Positions 21,190-31,940 of a stretch of 64,000 bases of DNA are shown piece by piece; the stretch's first letter is position 1, and each line of letters opens with the position of its first letter. The position numbers were made by a program, and so were the translations under genes. The DNA lies in assembly GCA_946965045.2 (NCBI GenBank), contig OX337228.1, forward strand, positions 310,001-374,000, in the 5' to 3' direction. The notes below the pieces were generated by a model that worked only from the letters and a program-made list of their open reading frames with translations, was not told the DNA's origin and ran no database searches. The stretch is from Epithemia pelagica (taxonomy: Eukaryota; Protista; Bacillariophyta).

Positions 21190-21700
21190 CTTGACACGGC
21201 ATGTAGCGCTTGAATCAAGGCTGCGATACTTTCACCGGTCACGAGACGATTGCCTCGGATCGAGATCACCAATGTAGGCAAGAGTGACTGCGCCAAATGT
21301 CGAATGTCGTCATCGTTTCAATCACAATCCACCAACCGCAATTCACTCAGTACAGAATAGGGAACATGGATGCTGCTGTACGAGGACGAGTTGGAAGGAT
21401 GCGGTACCAAGAGCACCTTCACAACGACGGGTACAACAGTCGTGGCATTGGGCATGAGCAGTTTGAACAACCCACGAAAATTCCTGGTGACGCGTCGTGG
21501 CAAATTGTGAATCTGGTTGTTGTTGTTGTTGCTGCTAGCAACCGCAATCCTGGTCCTTGTCGATAAAGTAGTGTGGCTCCTGGAAGTGTCCAACAACGAG
21601 GACAAAGAACTCGCAGTATTCGTCGAGTGTCCTGGAGGATAGAGGATGTGAATCGTTTTCCAGTTTTGTGTCATGCTGTACTGTTGTTCCGCCATTGTTG
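21190..21700 (-). pseudogene. Degenerate fragment of the LRR gene, joined to a glycosyltransferase-like N-tail piece
   Basis: The reverse complement matches 36220-36620 (STDWT...LFKLLMPN...VLSELRLVDCD...ISIRGNR). Frameshifted. Confidence 0.8.
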
Positions 21701-22978
21701 CTTCCAGATTGATGTGGTCATGACCTCGGCTGGCATTGTCTGGAACTTCTTGCTTTTGCGTCAGATGCTATACAAAACGAGCTCTCCTCGCTTCATGTGC
21801 CGTTGTACCAGGTAGTAGATTCTAGAGGTAGTTCATGAAATTGTTGGTTCTCGACAGGAATGCGAGTTGAAAGCGGAGGAGGTGGTTGGTTGGTTCTTGT
21901 GCTGATGCTTGTTCTATGCGGTGATGATCATGGTGATGACGGTTGCCGACCATGAGCAGGAGGATTGTTCGAAGTAGGTAGTTGTGTGTTTTGTTGGTGT
22001 CATGCCGGCCTCATCAGATAGAGGCAAATCGCAGGGCCAATAAAGGCAAGAAAGTCATGCTCTCGTAGGAAGCATCTCCTACAACTTGACCAAATTGAGC
22101 CAGCCTTTCTTCGGCAGGGGTCGAACGTGAGCTGTTGAAATCACCGGGAAAACTGGTCTCTCTCTTGTTTCTTTGTTTCAATTCTTGTTGCCTTGACTCG
22201 TTTCATGAATGAAGTTTCGATGATCCACCCTGAACCCTGATTTCAAGGACGAGCTTCAAACTCTCCCTCTATATGGATCCATCGATCCGGCCTGCAACGC
22301 CATCTCGGTCACAGCTTCCCTCCCGTGACAAACCGTAGCCCAGAACGAAGCCCGATGTTACGAAAAGGGCAACAATATCCAGAGCATTCTGCTGTACTTG
22401 AGATGATACTAGAGGGGATTCTAAGCACTGCCTGATTGCTTAGTTGCTTCCAGGTTGTTTGATGGCTGGTGGATGTTGGATGCAAGTTTTTTATTCCCCG
22501 TTGTCCTTTTGCGCCCAAATGGATGGCACGACATGCTCGCAAAAGCGTTCACGCCCGTCGACGCATAAAAAACGCCACCATCGCCGCCTCTCATCGGTTG
22601 GGATTTGGGATCTGTAGGTGCGGCGAAAGCTTGAGAGAAACGTGGAGATGCTGATGAGGTCCGACTGTGGAGGCAACTCTCCTGAGAACCTTGAGACACA
22701 ACCACAGAGAAACAAAAGAGCACCGCGCATGGATCAATCGTGCTTCGCTACTGCAAAGGAAAAGACCAACTGCGTTTGTACACGGCCTGTCATGTTCGAT
22801 CGACAGGAACCACTCAATCGGAAACGTGACCAGTGATCTCTTTCCCTCGCCACGAAACTACCAACGAGCGTGTGGAACGTGGGAACTTGGAGATCCGTCT
22901 GCATTCGGACTTTGGAGGGAAAGTTGTCTGTCGAGACACCACAAAAAGACTATTCTTGACTGCAAGGAGGACTACAGA

Positions 22979-24118
22979 ATGGATGTGAGAGAACAAGGGC
23001 GCTTGTCTGGCCTTGTGTTGGACAATGACCCAGAAGAACCATTATCATGGCTCAGAAATGATCAAGACTTGCCTCCCCTTGAGCGGTATGGGCACGCCTC
23101 TGTTGTGGTGCATCCTCCAAACAACATCAACGAACAAATTGTTGTGGTAGTAGGAGGCGAAACACTGGGAGAGTCTGCAACCAATTCAGTGCTCCTCCTT
23201 TTGAATGCTGCTGAAGGATCTAAATGCAAACAGTGGATTGAAGGGCCAGCTTTGAATGAAACGAGATCCTTCCATGCTGCGGTAGTCTGCAATGGCAGCG
23301 TGTACGCCATTGGGGGACACGATTACCGTCCTTTCCGCCTGAACACCATTGAACGGATTGATATCATTGATCTTCTCTCACCCAAGAAATGTGACAACAA
23401 CAAACCATGGATGACACTGACATGTCGATTGTCCGAAGCGAAACACTGCTGTTCCGCTGCCACGATTCACAGCAGGTACATTGTTGTGATCGGTGGACGT
23501 GGAAAATTTGAAAGAGCTTTAACATCAGTTGAAATAATTGATGCCGTGCAAGAAAGTTCACCATATATCTTTCCAGGCCCATCCCTGAACGTGCCTCGTC
23601 AATATTTCGGAACGACTGTAATTGGTTCATGTATTTATGTCGTTGGTGGTACATCTCACGGCATAGCAGCAGAAGCCTTGCGATCAGTCGAGAATTTGAA
23701 AGTGAGCGATTCACACGGTGAAAAGACAAGCATCAACGGAACATCTGTGTTTCCACCTTCTTTGTCATGGACGAGACATGAGGACTTGGCTTTGAGTGAG
23801 CCTCGCTGGGGGCATGCTGTGGCTCGAGTTGGATCATGCTTGATCGTATCAGGAGGTTGTCCCGGTTTTGGTCAGCCTCCTTTACAGTCTGTTGAAGTAA
23901 TGGACACAAAGCGGAACAAAGTATGGAAAATTGTCCCAGAATTGACTGTCCCACGCATTTGGCACACCATGGCTGCTCTTTCGACTGGTATCGTTTGTAT
24001 ATCTGGTTTCAGAAAAAAATCTTGTGAAAGGCTGTCGTTTATGGACAAGAACTCGGTTGTGTTTCGGAATTTGCTCTTGCCTACAAATGGTATACGTCCA
24101 TGTTTGAAGGAAATGTAA
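22979..24118 (+). CDS. Kelch-repeat protein K3
   Basis: 379-aa ORF from MDVREQGRLSG. The frame is open for a further 104 codons upstream without an ATG. Confidence 0.9.
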   Translation: MDVREQGRLSGLVLDNDPEEPLSWLRNDQDLPPLERYGHASVVVHPPNNINEQIVVVVGGETLGESATNSVLLLLNAAEGSKCKQWIEGPALNETRSFHAAVVCNGSVYAIGGHDYRPFRLNTIERIDIIDLLSPKKCDNNKPWMTLTCRLSEAKHCCSAATIHSRYIVVIGGRGKFERALTSVEIIDAVQESSPYIFPGPSLNVPRQYFGTTVIGSCIYVVGGTSHGIAAEALRSVENLKVSDSHGEKTSINGTSVFPPSLSWTRHEDLALSEPRWGHAVARVGSCLIVSGGCPGFGQPPLQSVEVMDTKRNKVWKIVPELTVPRIWHTMAALSTGIVCISGFRKKSCERLSFMDKNSVVFRNLLLPTNGIRPCLKEM

Positions 24119-26783
24119 ACCGACTCGATGGACTAATATTTGTATCAAAGTGAAACTAATCTTATACTATCATCATTACATCGAGTCACTAGCTGTGTTA
24201 TACCAATTGTGGACAGATGAGCTGTTTGCTTGTTCCTTAGGTCGAAACTTTGCTTTGGTACCCATGAATCTACTACTCATGGCAAACACCGTAATGATGG
24301 AGTTAGGCAAAGGATTGGCACTTGGAGATGGTTTGCATTTTTGGGGACCACATGGGCTGGTTCTCTTCTCTATGAAATGTTCTCTATCCATTTCGGTTTT
24401 CGGTTCTATCGACGGAACGCCAGTGTATACGATTCTCCATTAGCGTGCAAGACAAATGGCGTTATGAGCTCATCGAATCGATCGACACCAAACTTGCCCC
24501 CTCCTCGATCACTGCCCAAACAAGACCCATGAGTACCAATCAGCACCATATCGTGTAGTGTTGTATTGGGTGCCAACAACCAGGCCAGCAAGGGTGTCCA
24601 ATCGTGACTAGGAATTCAAAGCCTTGCCAAAGGTCGACAACAACAGAAGACAATTAAGTTGGACAAAGCATTTATGGCGAAATAATTGCTTGTCCATGAG
24701 GAAAGAGTTTGTAGCATATCATTTTCCTCGGCTGATGCAGACGTACTGTGTCATCCTATTGAAGAGAAATGACCAAGCCATAGCGAGTGCAGGAAGGTTG
24801 CTTGAAAGAAACTAACGTTCTTGATAACCAGGCTCGAATCCTGTTGTGGCGGGATGCTGGTTCCATTTTGTTTTGTAATCAACGGATGTAATTGGCCGGG
24901 TCTGTTTGAGCTGCACCCGGCATGAGTTCCTGGATGGGGAACAAGGCTGAATAAACCAATACTGGCGAGTCGTTTTGCTGGGCAAGCCACAAATGGCCAT
25001 GTGTATGAGACGAAACAGGGCAAACGACAAAAGAGGAATCATGAGGCAGTTCATCCTGATTTTGGACGCCTCGTTATGGTTGAGAAGGAGCGGCAAACCA
25101 CTTCTACTGGAGTCGTGACCACCACATGAATTGACCAATAGCCACCCAGCTTGCAATGGTATGCGTTATTCCAGACCAATTTTCTTGTGAAGGGTCGTGT
25201 GTGGTTTGCGAGATTTGTTTGGGACCAAAGAACTGGTCTTGTCGTTCTACCCAAAGGAACCCACCAAGATTTGCATGGATCAACATGGAGCCACCATAAC
25301 GAGACCAGACTGTAAAACCGGTTGATCGGGCAAGGGTTCTTGGTTCACCGGAGACGATTCACCTTTGGCAGCCAATGTTTCTGGTTTCTCGATTGATCCA
25401 CCATGGCTGCCGGTGAAGCATCATCCACCAAGTATGTGACTGCCGGAGCATTCCCATCCAACAAGTACCGCAATCGAAAAATGTGCTCCTTGACGGCGTT
25501 CCAAAACAATGCGCAAGGCTGGCCGAAATGTATTCAACACGACACTATCCGTCCAAGAATCGTTCGGTTCTACGTTCAGAGTGTCTTGAGGAGGAGAAGA
25601 AGAAGCCGAGACAAAAAGCCTTGTCCAAGGATAGCAGTGCTGCTGCTGGGATACAAACCACCTGCCTTTTTCACCATACGATACTTGGTGCAGTCCGCCA
25701 GACCCACTACTTTGGCCATGTGGCCAAATGAAGTGACAGAATGGGTTCCTCCGGTCGAATCGGAGGCAATGGGCAATGGGACGACGACCATACCGTTCAT
25801 CGTCGTCTCGTCGCTCGGCAACAAACCAATCAACCAGCGAAGATCGAACCACTCTCTCTCTCTGTGCCGTTGCTAGTCGTGTCGTCTTTGGCATGGAAGA
25901 GAATGGACTGCTTGAGAGAAGTCTCAGAGCAGAGAAGGCGCCATCGTTTATCTTACACATGGTTGACGGTTGACGCCATCATCATCCTCATCGTTGATCG
26001 TTGCAATCTAATGTAGCGTCTGTTCGCTGTACGCGGTTCTAGTTGAACGCGTCGGGCGAGCCGCGCGCCAGAAAAGCGCACCGTGCTCCCCACAACAATC
26101 TCCAAGAAAGAGAAAGCAACCAGATTCCGCAGAAAGAGAAGAGAAACAAACATACCTTACCCTCTCGATCTTGATCCTCTCGAACACAGTCTAGAATGTC
26201 GAAAAGCATTGATCCACTCCGACCAACCACAGCAGAAATCAAGTACAAAAGTCGTTAGCACATGACAGAACATGAGAAGAAAAGAAGAAAACGATACACG
26301 GTCCAGCTTGGTCGGCACCGTCACCTTCAAGAATCTATCGTTTGCCAAGAAGAGCCACGTAGTAGGTCAATCAGAAGGATTTCCACCTCCATAATCGCAG
26401 GCTCTTTTCGTGTTGCGGTCTTTACAAATCTAAATGCAGGATCGCGTACCTCGACAGTCCAAGAGGAACATGAACGTGCACCCAGCAGCGGTTCGGAACG
26501 TATTGAACGTTTCAAGATACAATAGCGTGGAGATGCCCACTTTGGAAGGAACTCGTTGAGACTCATGGCACATACAGCAAAAAAATATACCCGTAGGCAT
26601 TACACTGGGTTCGGTCGTAACTGCATGTTTGACAGGAGCCGTTCGGTCGTCACTGCATGAGTTTGACAAGCATCGACAGAAACCTACAAAACAAACTGGC
26701 AATCACACAATTTCAGATCCGACTAGGAGGGAAACTTGTCTGAAGAGAAACACCATCACCATTGTTTTGTTTTCGACGGCAAC

Positions 26784-27917
26784 ATGGATGTGAGCAACCA
26801 AACACGCTTGTCTGGCCTCTTGATGGGAATTGATCAAGATGAACCAAAATGGACCAGAAATGACCAAGGCTGGCCTCCCCTTGACCGGTATGGGCACGCC
26901 TCAGTTGTCGTGCATTCTCGAGCCAACAACATGGAAGAAATGGTTGTGGTAGTAGGAGGCGAAAAACTGGGAGAGCACGCAAACAATTCAGTGTTTCTCC
27001 TGAATGCTGCTGAAGAATCTAAATGCAGACAGTGGATACAAGGGCCACATATGAATGAAGCGAGATTATGGCACGCTGCGGTTGTCTGCAACGGCAGCGT
27101 GTACGCCATTGGTGGAAACAATGACCATCATTCCCTCCTGAACACCATTGAGCGCATAGACATCATTGACCTTCTCTCAGCCAAGAAACGTGATAAAGAG
27201 AACCTTTGGAAAACACTGACGTGTCGATTGTCCAAAGCAAGAAAGTACTGTTCCGCTGCCGCGATTGACAACAGGTATATTGTTGTACTTGGTGGATTGG
27301 GTGGATTGGGTGCGGTTCTAGAGGCTTTGGCATCGGTTGAAATAATTGACACCATGCACGAAAACCAACCAAATGTCTTCAATGGTCAACCCCTGAATGT
27401 GCCTCGTTATTGCTTCGGAATGACTGTGATTGGTTCGTGTATTTATGTTGTTGGTGGTACATCGAAAGGGGAATGCTTCAACTCAGTCGAGTGCTTGAAA
27501 TTGAGTGACTCACGTGGTGACGGGACAAACAACAAGGGTGAATCGATATTCCCTTCTTCTTTGTCATGGGCTATACATGTTGACTTGGCTTTGACTGAGT
27601 CTCGCTGGGGGCATGCTGTGGCTCGAGTTGGATCATGCTTGGTCGTATCAGGAGGTTGGGCCGGTAGTTCTTGGTCTCGTTTACGGTCTGTCGAAGTAAT
27701 GGACACAAAACGCAACAAAGTGTGGAAAATGGTTCCAGAAATGACTGTCCCACGCTCATATCACAATATGGTTACTCTTTCGACTGGTATCGTTTGTATA
27801 TCCGGTGTTGGAGAAAAATCCTGTGAGAGACTGTCATTGGTTGACCAGAACTCGGTCGTGTTTCGCAATTTGTTGTTGGGTACAAATGGTACACGTCTAT
27901 GTTTAAAGGAAATGTAA
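26784..27917 (+). CDS. Kelch-repeat protein K4
   Basis: 377-aa ORF and closest paralogue of K2. Confidence 0.9.
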   Translation: MDVSNQTRLSGLLMGIDQDEPKWTRNDQGWPPLDRYGHASVVVHSRANNMEEMVVVVGGEKLGEHANNSVFLLNAAEESKCRQWIQGPHMNEARLWHAAVVCNGSVYAIGGNNDHHSLLNTIERIDIIDLLSAKKRDKENLWKTLTCRLSKARKYCSAAAIDNRYIVVLGGLGGLGAVLEALASVEIIDTMHENQPNVFNGQPLNVPRYCFGMTVIGSCIYVVGGTSKGECFNSVECLKLSDSRGDGTNNKGESIFPSSLSWAIHVDLALTESRWGHAVARVGSCLVVSGGWAGSSWSRLRSVEVMDTKRNKVWKMVPEMTVPRSYHNMVTLSTGIVCISGVGEKSCERLSLVDQNSVVFRNLLLGTNGTRLCLKEM

Positions 27918-28419
27918 ACCTACTCAATAGACTGGTATTTGTGTCTAAGGAAAACTACCTTACACTCCTACATCGACGGACTTACTTTATGATGCCTATT
28001 GTGGACTGATGGCGGACAAGTTTGTTGTTCCTTAGGTTTCTTTGGTTTCTTTGATACCCACGAATGCACTTGGAGATGGTTTCCATTTTTATTTTTGGAC
28101 CAAACGGACTGGTTCTCTTCTATGATTCTTTCGACGAATCACATGTGGCATCGCACTGGCAAGGTAGTATATGCTGGGGTGGTTGGTCGATCAATCGATC
28201 GGTCAATCTCATCCCAATGCGATGGCAACGGTCAACCACGCAGCCGTTCGCAGTTTGTCTCCTCTCTCTTCCTCTCTTCAGGGAACCAAACAGCAGCAAA
28301 TGGGAACGCAACCATGTCGGCAGGGACGATGCTGACACCCACAACCACAAAAAGACAGGGACTACTTTTTTGTTCAATGAATACTGCCTTTTCTTGACTT
28401 GGAGGATACAGTTTCATCC

Positions 28420-28966
28420 TTTGCACGGCATGTAGCGCTTGAATCAAGGCTGCGATACCTTCACCGGTCACGAGACGATTGCCTCGGATCGAGATCACCA
28501 ATGTGTACAAGAGTGACTGCGCCAAATGTCGAATGTCGTCATCGTTTTAATCACAATCCACCAACCACAATCCCCTCAGTACAGAATAGGTAATATGGAT
28601 GCTGCTGTACGAGGACGAGTTGGAAGGATGCGGTACCAAGAGCACCTTCACAACGATGGGTACAACAGTCGTGGCATTGGGCATGAGCAGTTTGAACAAC
28701 AAACGAAAATCCTTGGTGACGCTTCGTGGCAAATTGTGAATCTGGTTACTGTTGCTGCTGCTAGCAACAGCAATCCTGGTCCTTGTCGATACAGTAGTGT
28801 GGCTCCTACAAGTGTCCAACAACGAGGACAAAGAACTCGCAGTATTCGTCGAGTGTCCTACGCCAGTCCAGTCCGTGGAAGAACTTGTCCCAGAAACGGA
28901 GGATAGAGGATGTGAATCGTTTTCCAGTTTTGTGTCATGCTGTACTGTCATTCCGTTTTTAGCCAT
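28420..28966 (-). pseudogene. Second degenerate LRR / glycosyltransferase-like chimeric fragment
   Basis: ORF 28547-28966 reads HDTKLENDSHPLSS then STDWT...LFKLLMPNATTVVP...LVDCD*. It is the duplicate of 21190-21700. Confidence 0.8.
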
Positions 28967-30233
28967 TGTTGCTTCCAGATTGATGTGGTCATGACCTCGG
29001 CTGGCATTGTCTGGAACTTCTTGCTTTTATGTCAGATACTAAGCAAAACGAGCTCTCCTCGCTTCATGTGCCGTTGTACTAGGTAGTAGATTCTAGAGGT
29101 AGTTTCTGAAATTGCGAGTCGGAAGAGGAGGAGGTGGTTGGTTGGTTCTTGTGCTGATGTTTGTTCAATGTGGTGGTGATGATGGTGATGACGGTTACCT
29201 ACCATGAGCGGGAGGATTGGTGGAATTGGATAGTTGTGCGTTTTGTTTGTATCATGCCGGCCTCATCAAAGAGAGGCAAATCGAAGGGCCGATACAGGCA
29301 ACACAGTCATGCTCTCGTAGGAAGCATCTCCTACAACTTGACCAAAGTGAGCCAGCCTTTCATCGGCGGGGTCGAACGTGAGCTGTTGAAATCACCGGGA
29401 AAACTGGTCTCTTTCTTGTTTCTTTGTTTCAATCCTTGTTGCCTTGACTCGTTTCATGAAGGGAGTTTCGATCATCCACCCTGAACCCTGAACTCAAGGA
29501 CGAGCTTCAAACTCTCTCTATGGATCCATTGCCTGCAACGGCATCTCGAACCTCGTCCAGCGTTCACAGCTTTCCTGCCGTGACAAAGAAGGAAGCCCGC
29601 CGAAAAGGGCAACAATATCCAGAGCATTCTGCTGTACTTGAGATGATACTAGAGAGGGGATTCTAAACACTGCCTGATTGCAGACCAGTCTCTTTGGTTG
29701 CTCATATTGGATGGCTCTGTTGGATGCAAGTTTTTTATTGCGCGTTTTGTGCGTTGTTGCGCCCAAATGAATGGCATGACATGCTCGCAGCGATGCGTTC
29801 TCGCCCGTCGACGCATACAAAACGCCAGCACCATCCTCTCATCCTGTTGTCTGTCCTTGATGCGCAGCAAAAAAGATGCGTGAGGAGAGGAACGTGGAGA
29901 TGCTGATGAGGTCCGAGTCCGACTGTGGAGGCAACTCTCCTGAGAACCTTGAGACACAACCACAGAGAAACAAAAGAGCACCACGCATGGATCAATTGTG
30001 CTTCGCTACTGCAAAGGAAAAGACCAACTGCGTTTGTACACGGCCTGTCATGTTCGATCGACAGGAACCACTCAAGCGGCAGCGTGACCAGTGATCTCTT
30101 TCACTAGCCACGAAACTACCAACGAGCGTGTGAAACGTTGGAACGTGGAGATCCGTCTGCAGTCAGACTTTGGAGGGAAGTTGTCTGTCGAGACCACAAC
30201 AACACCATTCTTGACTGCAAGGAGGACTACACA

Positions 30234-31364
30234 ATGGATGTGAGAGAACAAGGGCGCTTGTCTGGCCTTGTGTTGGACAATGACCCAGAAGAACCAGCAT
30301 CATGGAACAGAAATGACCATGACTGGCCTCCCCTTGATCGGTATGGGCACGCCTCTGTTGTTGTGCATCCTCCAAACAACAACAAGGAAGAAAGTGTTGT
30401 GGTAGTAGGAGGATGTAAATGGTTAGAGCTCGCAAATAATTCAGTATTCCTTGCAAATGCAGCTCAGCAATCTAACTGCAGACAGTGGATTGAGGGGCCA
30501 GCTATGAATGAAGCGAGATCCTTCCACGCTGCAGTAGTCTGCAACGACGGCTTGTACGCCATTGGTGGACGAAATGATAGCCACTCCGACCAGAACACCA
30601 TTGAACGGATTGATATCATTGACCTGCTCTCACCCAAGAAACTTGATAAGGAGAGCCAATGGAAACCATTGACGTGTCGATTGTCGAAAGCAAGATGGGA
30701 CTGTTCCGCTGCCGCGATTCACAACAGGTACATTGTTGTGGTTGGTGGACGTGAAACGGGCAAACGAGCTTTGACATCGGTTGAAATAATTGACACCGAG
30801 CACGAAAGTCAACCATATATATTTCCAGGCCCACCCCTGAACGTGCCACGTCGTGATTTTGGAATGACTGTGATTGGATTGTGTATTTATGTTGTTGGTG
30901 GTACATCTAACAACTTGGAAAAAGGACAAGGCTTGAAATCAGTCGAGTGCTTGAAAATGAGTGACTCACGTGGTGAAGGGACAAACAACAAGGGTACATC
31001 TGTGTTTCCACCTTCTCTGTCCTGGACAATACATGAAAAATTGGCTTTGAATCAGCCTCGCTATGGGCATGCTGTGGCTCGAGTTGGATCATGCTTGGTC
31101 GTATCAGGAGGGTGTCCCCTTCGTTCTCAGACTCGTTTACAGTCTGTTGAAGTAATGGACACAAAACGGAACAAAGTGTGGAGAATGGTTCCAAAAATGA
31201 CTGTCGCACGCGAAGGTCACACCATGGTTTCGATTTCGACTGGTATTATTTGTATTTCTGGTTTGGGAGAAAACTCGTGTGAAAGACTGTCATTGATGGA
31301 CAAGAACTCGGCCGTTTTTATGCGTTTGTTGTTCAGTGCACGTCCATGTAAAAAGGACATGTAA
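30234..31364 (+). CDS. Kelch-repeat protein K5
   Basis: 376-aa ORF with six blades. Confidence 0.9.
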   Translation: MDVREQGRLSGLVLDNDPEEPASWNRNDHDWPPLDRYGHASVVVHPPNNNKEESVVVVGGCKWLELANNSVFLANAAQQSNCRQWIEGPAMNEARSFHAAVVCNDGLYAIGGRNDSHSDQNTIERIDIIDLLSPKKLDKESQWKPLTCRLSKARWDCSAAAIHNRYIVVVGGRETGKRALTSVEIIDTEHESQPYIFPGPPLNVPRRDFGMTVIGLCIYVVGGTSNNLEKGQGLKSVECLKMSDSRGEGTNNKGTSVFPPSLSWTIHEKLALNQPRYGHAVARVGSCLVVSGGCPLRSQTRLQSVEVMDTKRNKVWRMVPKMTVAREGHTMVSISTGIICISGLGENSCERLSLMDKNSAVFMRLLFSARPCKKDM

Positions 31365-31940
31365 ACCGACTGGATGGACTGGTATTTGTGTCCAAGGAAA
31401 ACTAATTCTCAGTATCATGTTTCATCCAATCACTTTTGCTGTGTCAGGACAATTGTGGACAGATGGACTTGTTTGCTTGTTCCATAGACAATTCTTTGAT
31501 AACCATGATCTACTATTCATGGCAAACACGTAATTAAAATGTTGGGCAAAGGATGCACTTGGAGATTGTTTGCGTTTTTAGGAGTACCTTTTTGGACCAC
31601 AAGGGCATGTTTTCTGGTTAATGGTATACTCTATATCTTCATTTCGGATCTCGCTTTTCTCGATAGAACGCCATCGCATATGGCTGGTAACTGGGTTGGC
31701 TGATCCCTCAAGAGTTTATAACTCTTGGATCTCAATTTAAGTAGGGGTCAAGTTCCCACCAGATTCAACGATCGAGAGTGGGTCATCCCGCACCTCCCGC
31801 CATAGTCTACATCTTTGTCAAAAGCGCGGGGTCATAGTTTATGCGCGGTTCATGACTCGTGACTCGTGACACTTTGTCGGTCGGTGTCACGCTCTCTTCT
31901 TCGTTTTTGTATAGGCATTGTCTTTTGTGACCATGACACA

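Larger units (their letters stand above)
17770..30350 (+). repeat. Tandem segmental duplication, ~7.2-kb period (~17770-23100 vs ~25015-30350)
   Basis: Identical small ORFs recur at an offset of 7239 (e.g. 18164/25403). K2/K4 and the K3/K5 upstream regions are paired. Confidence 0.92.
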
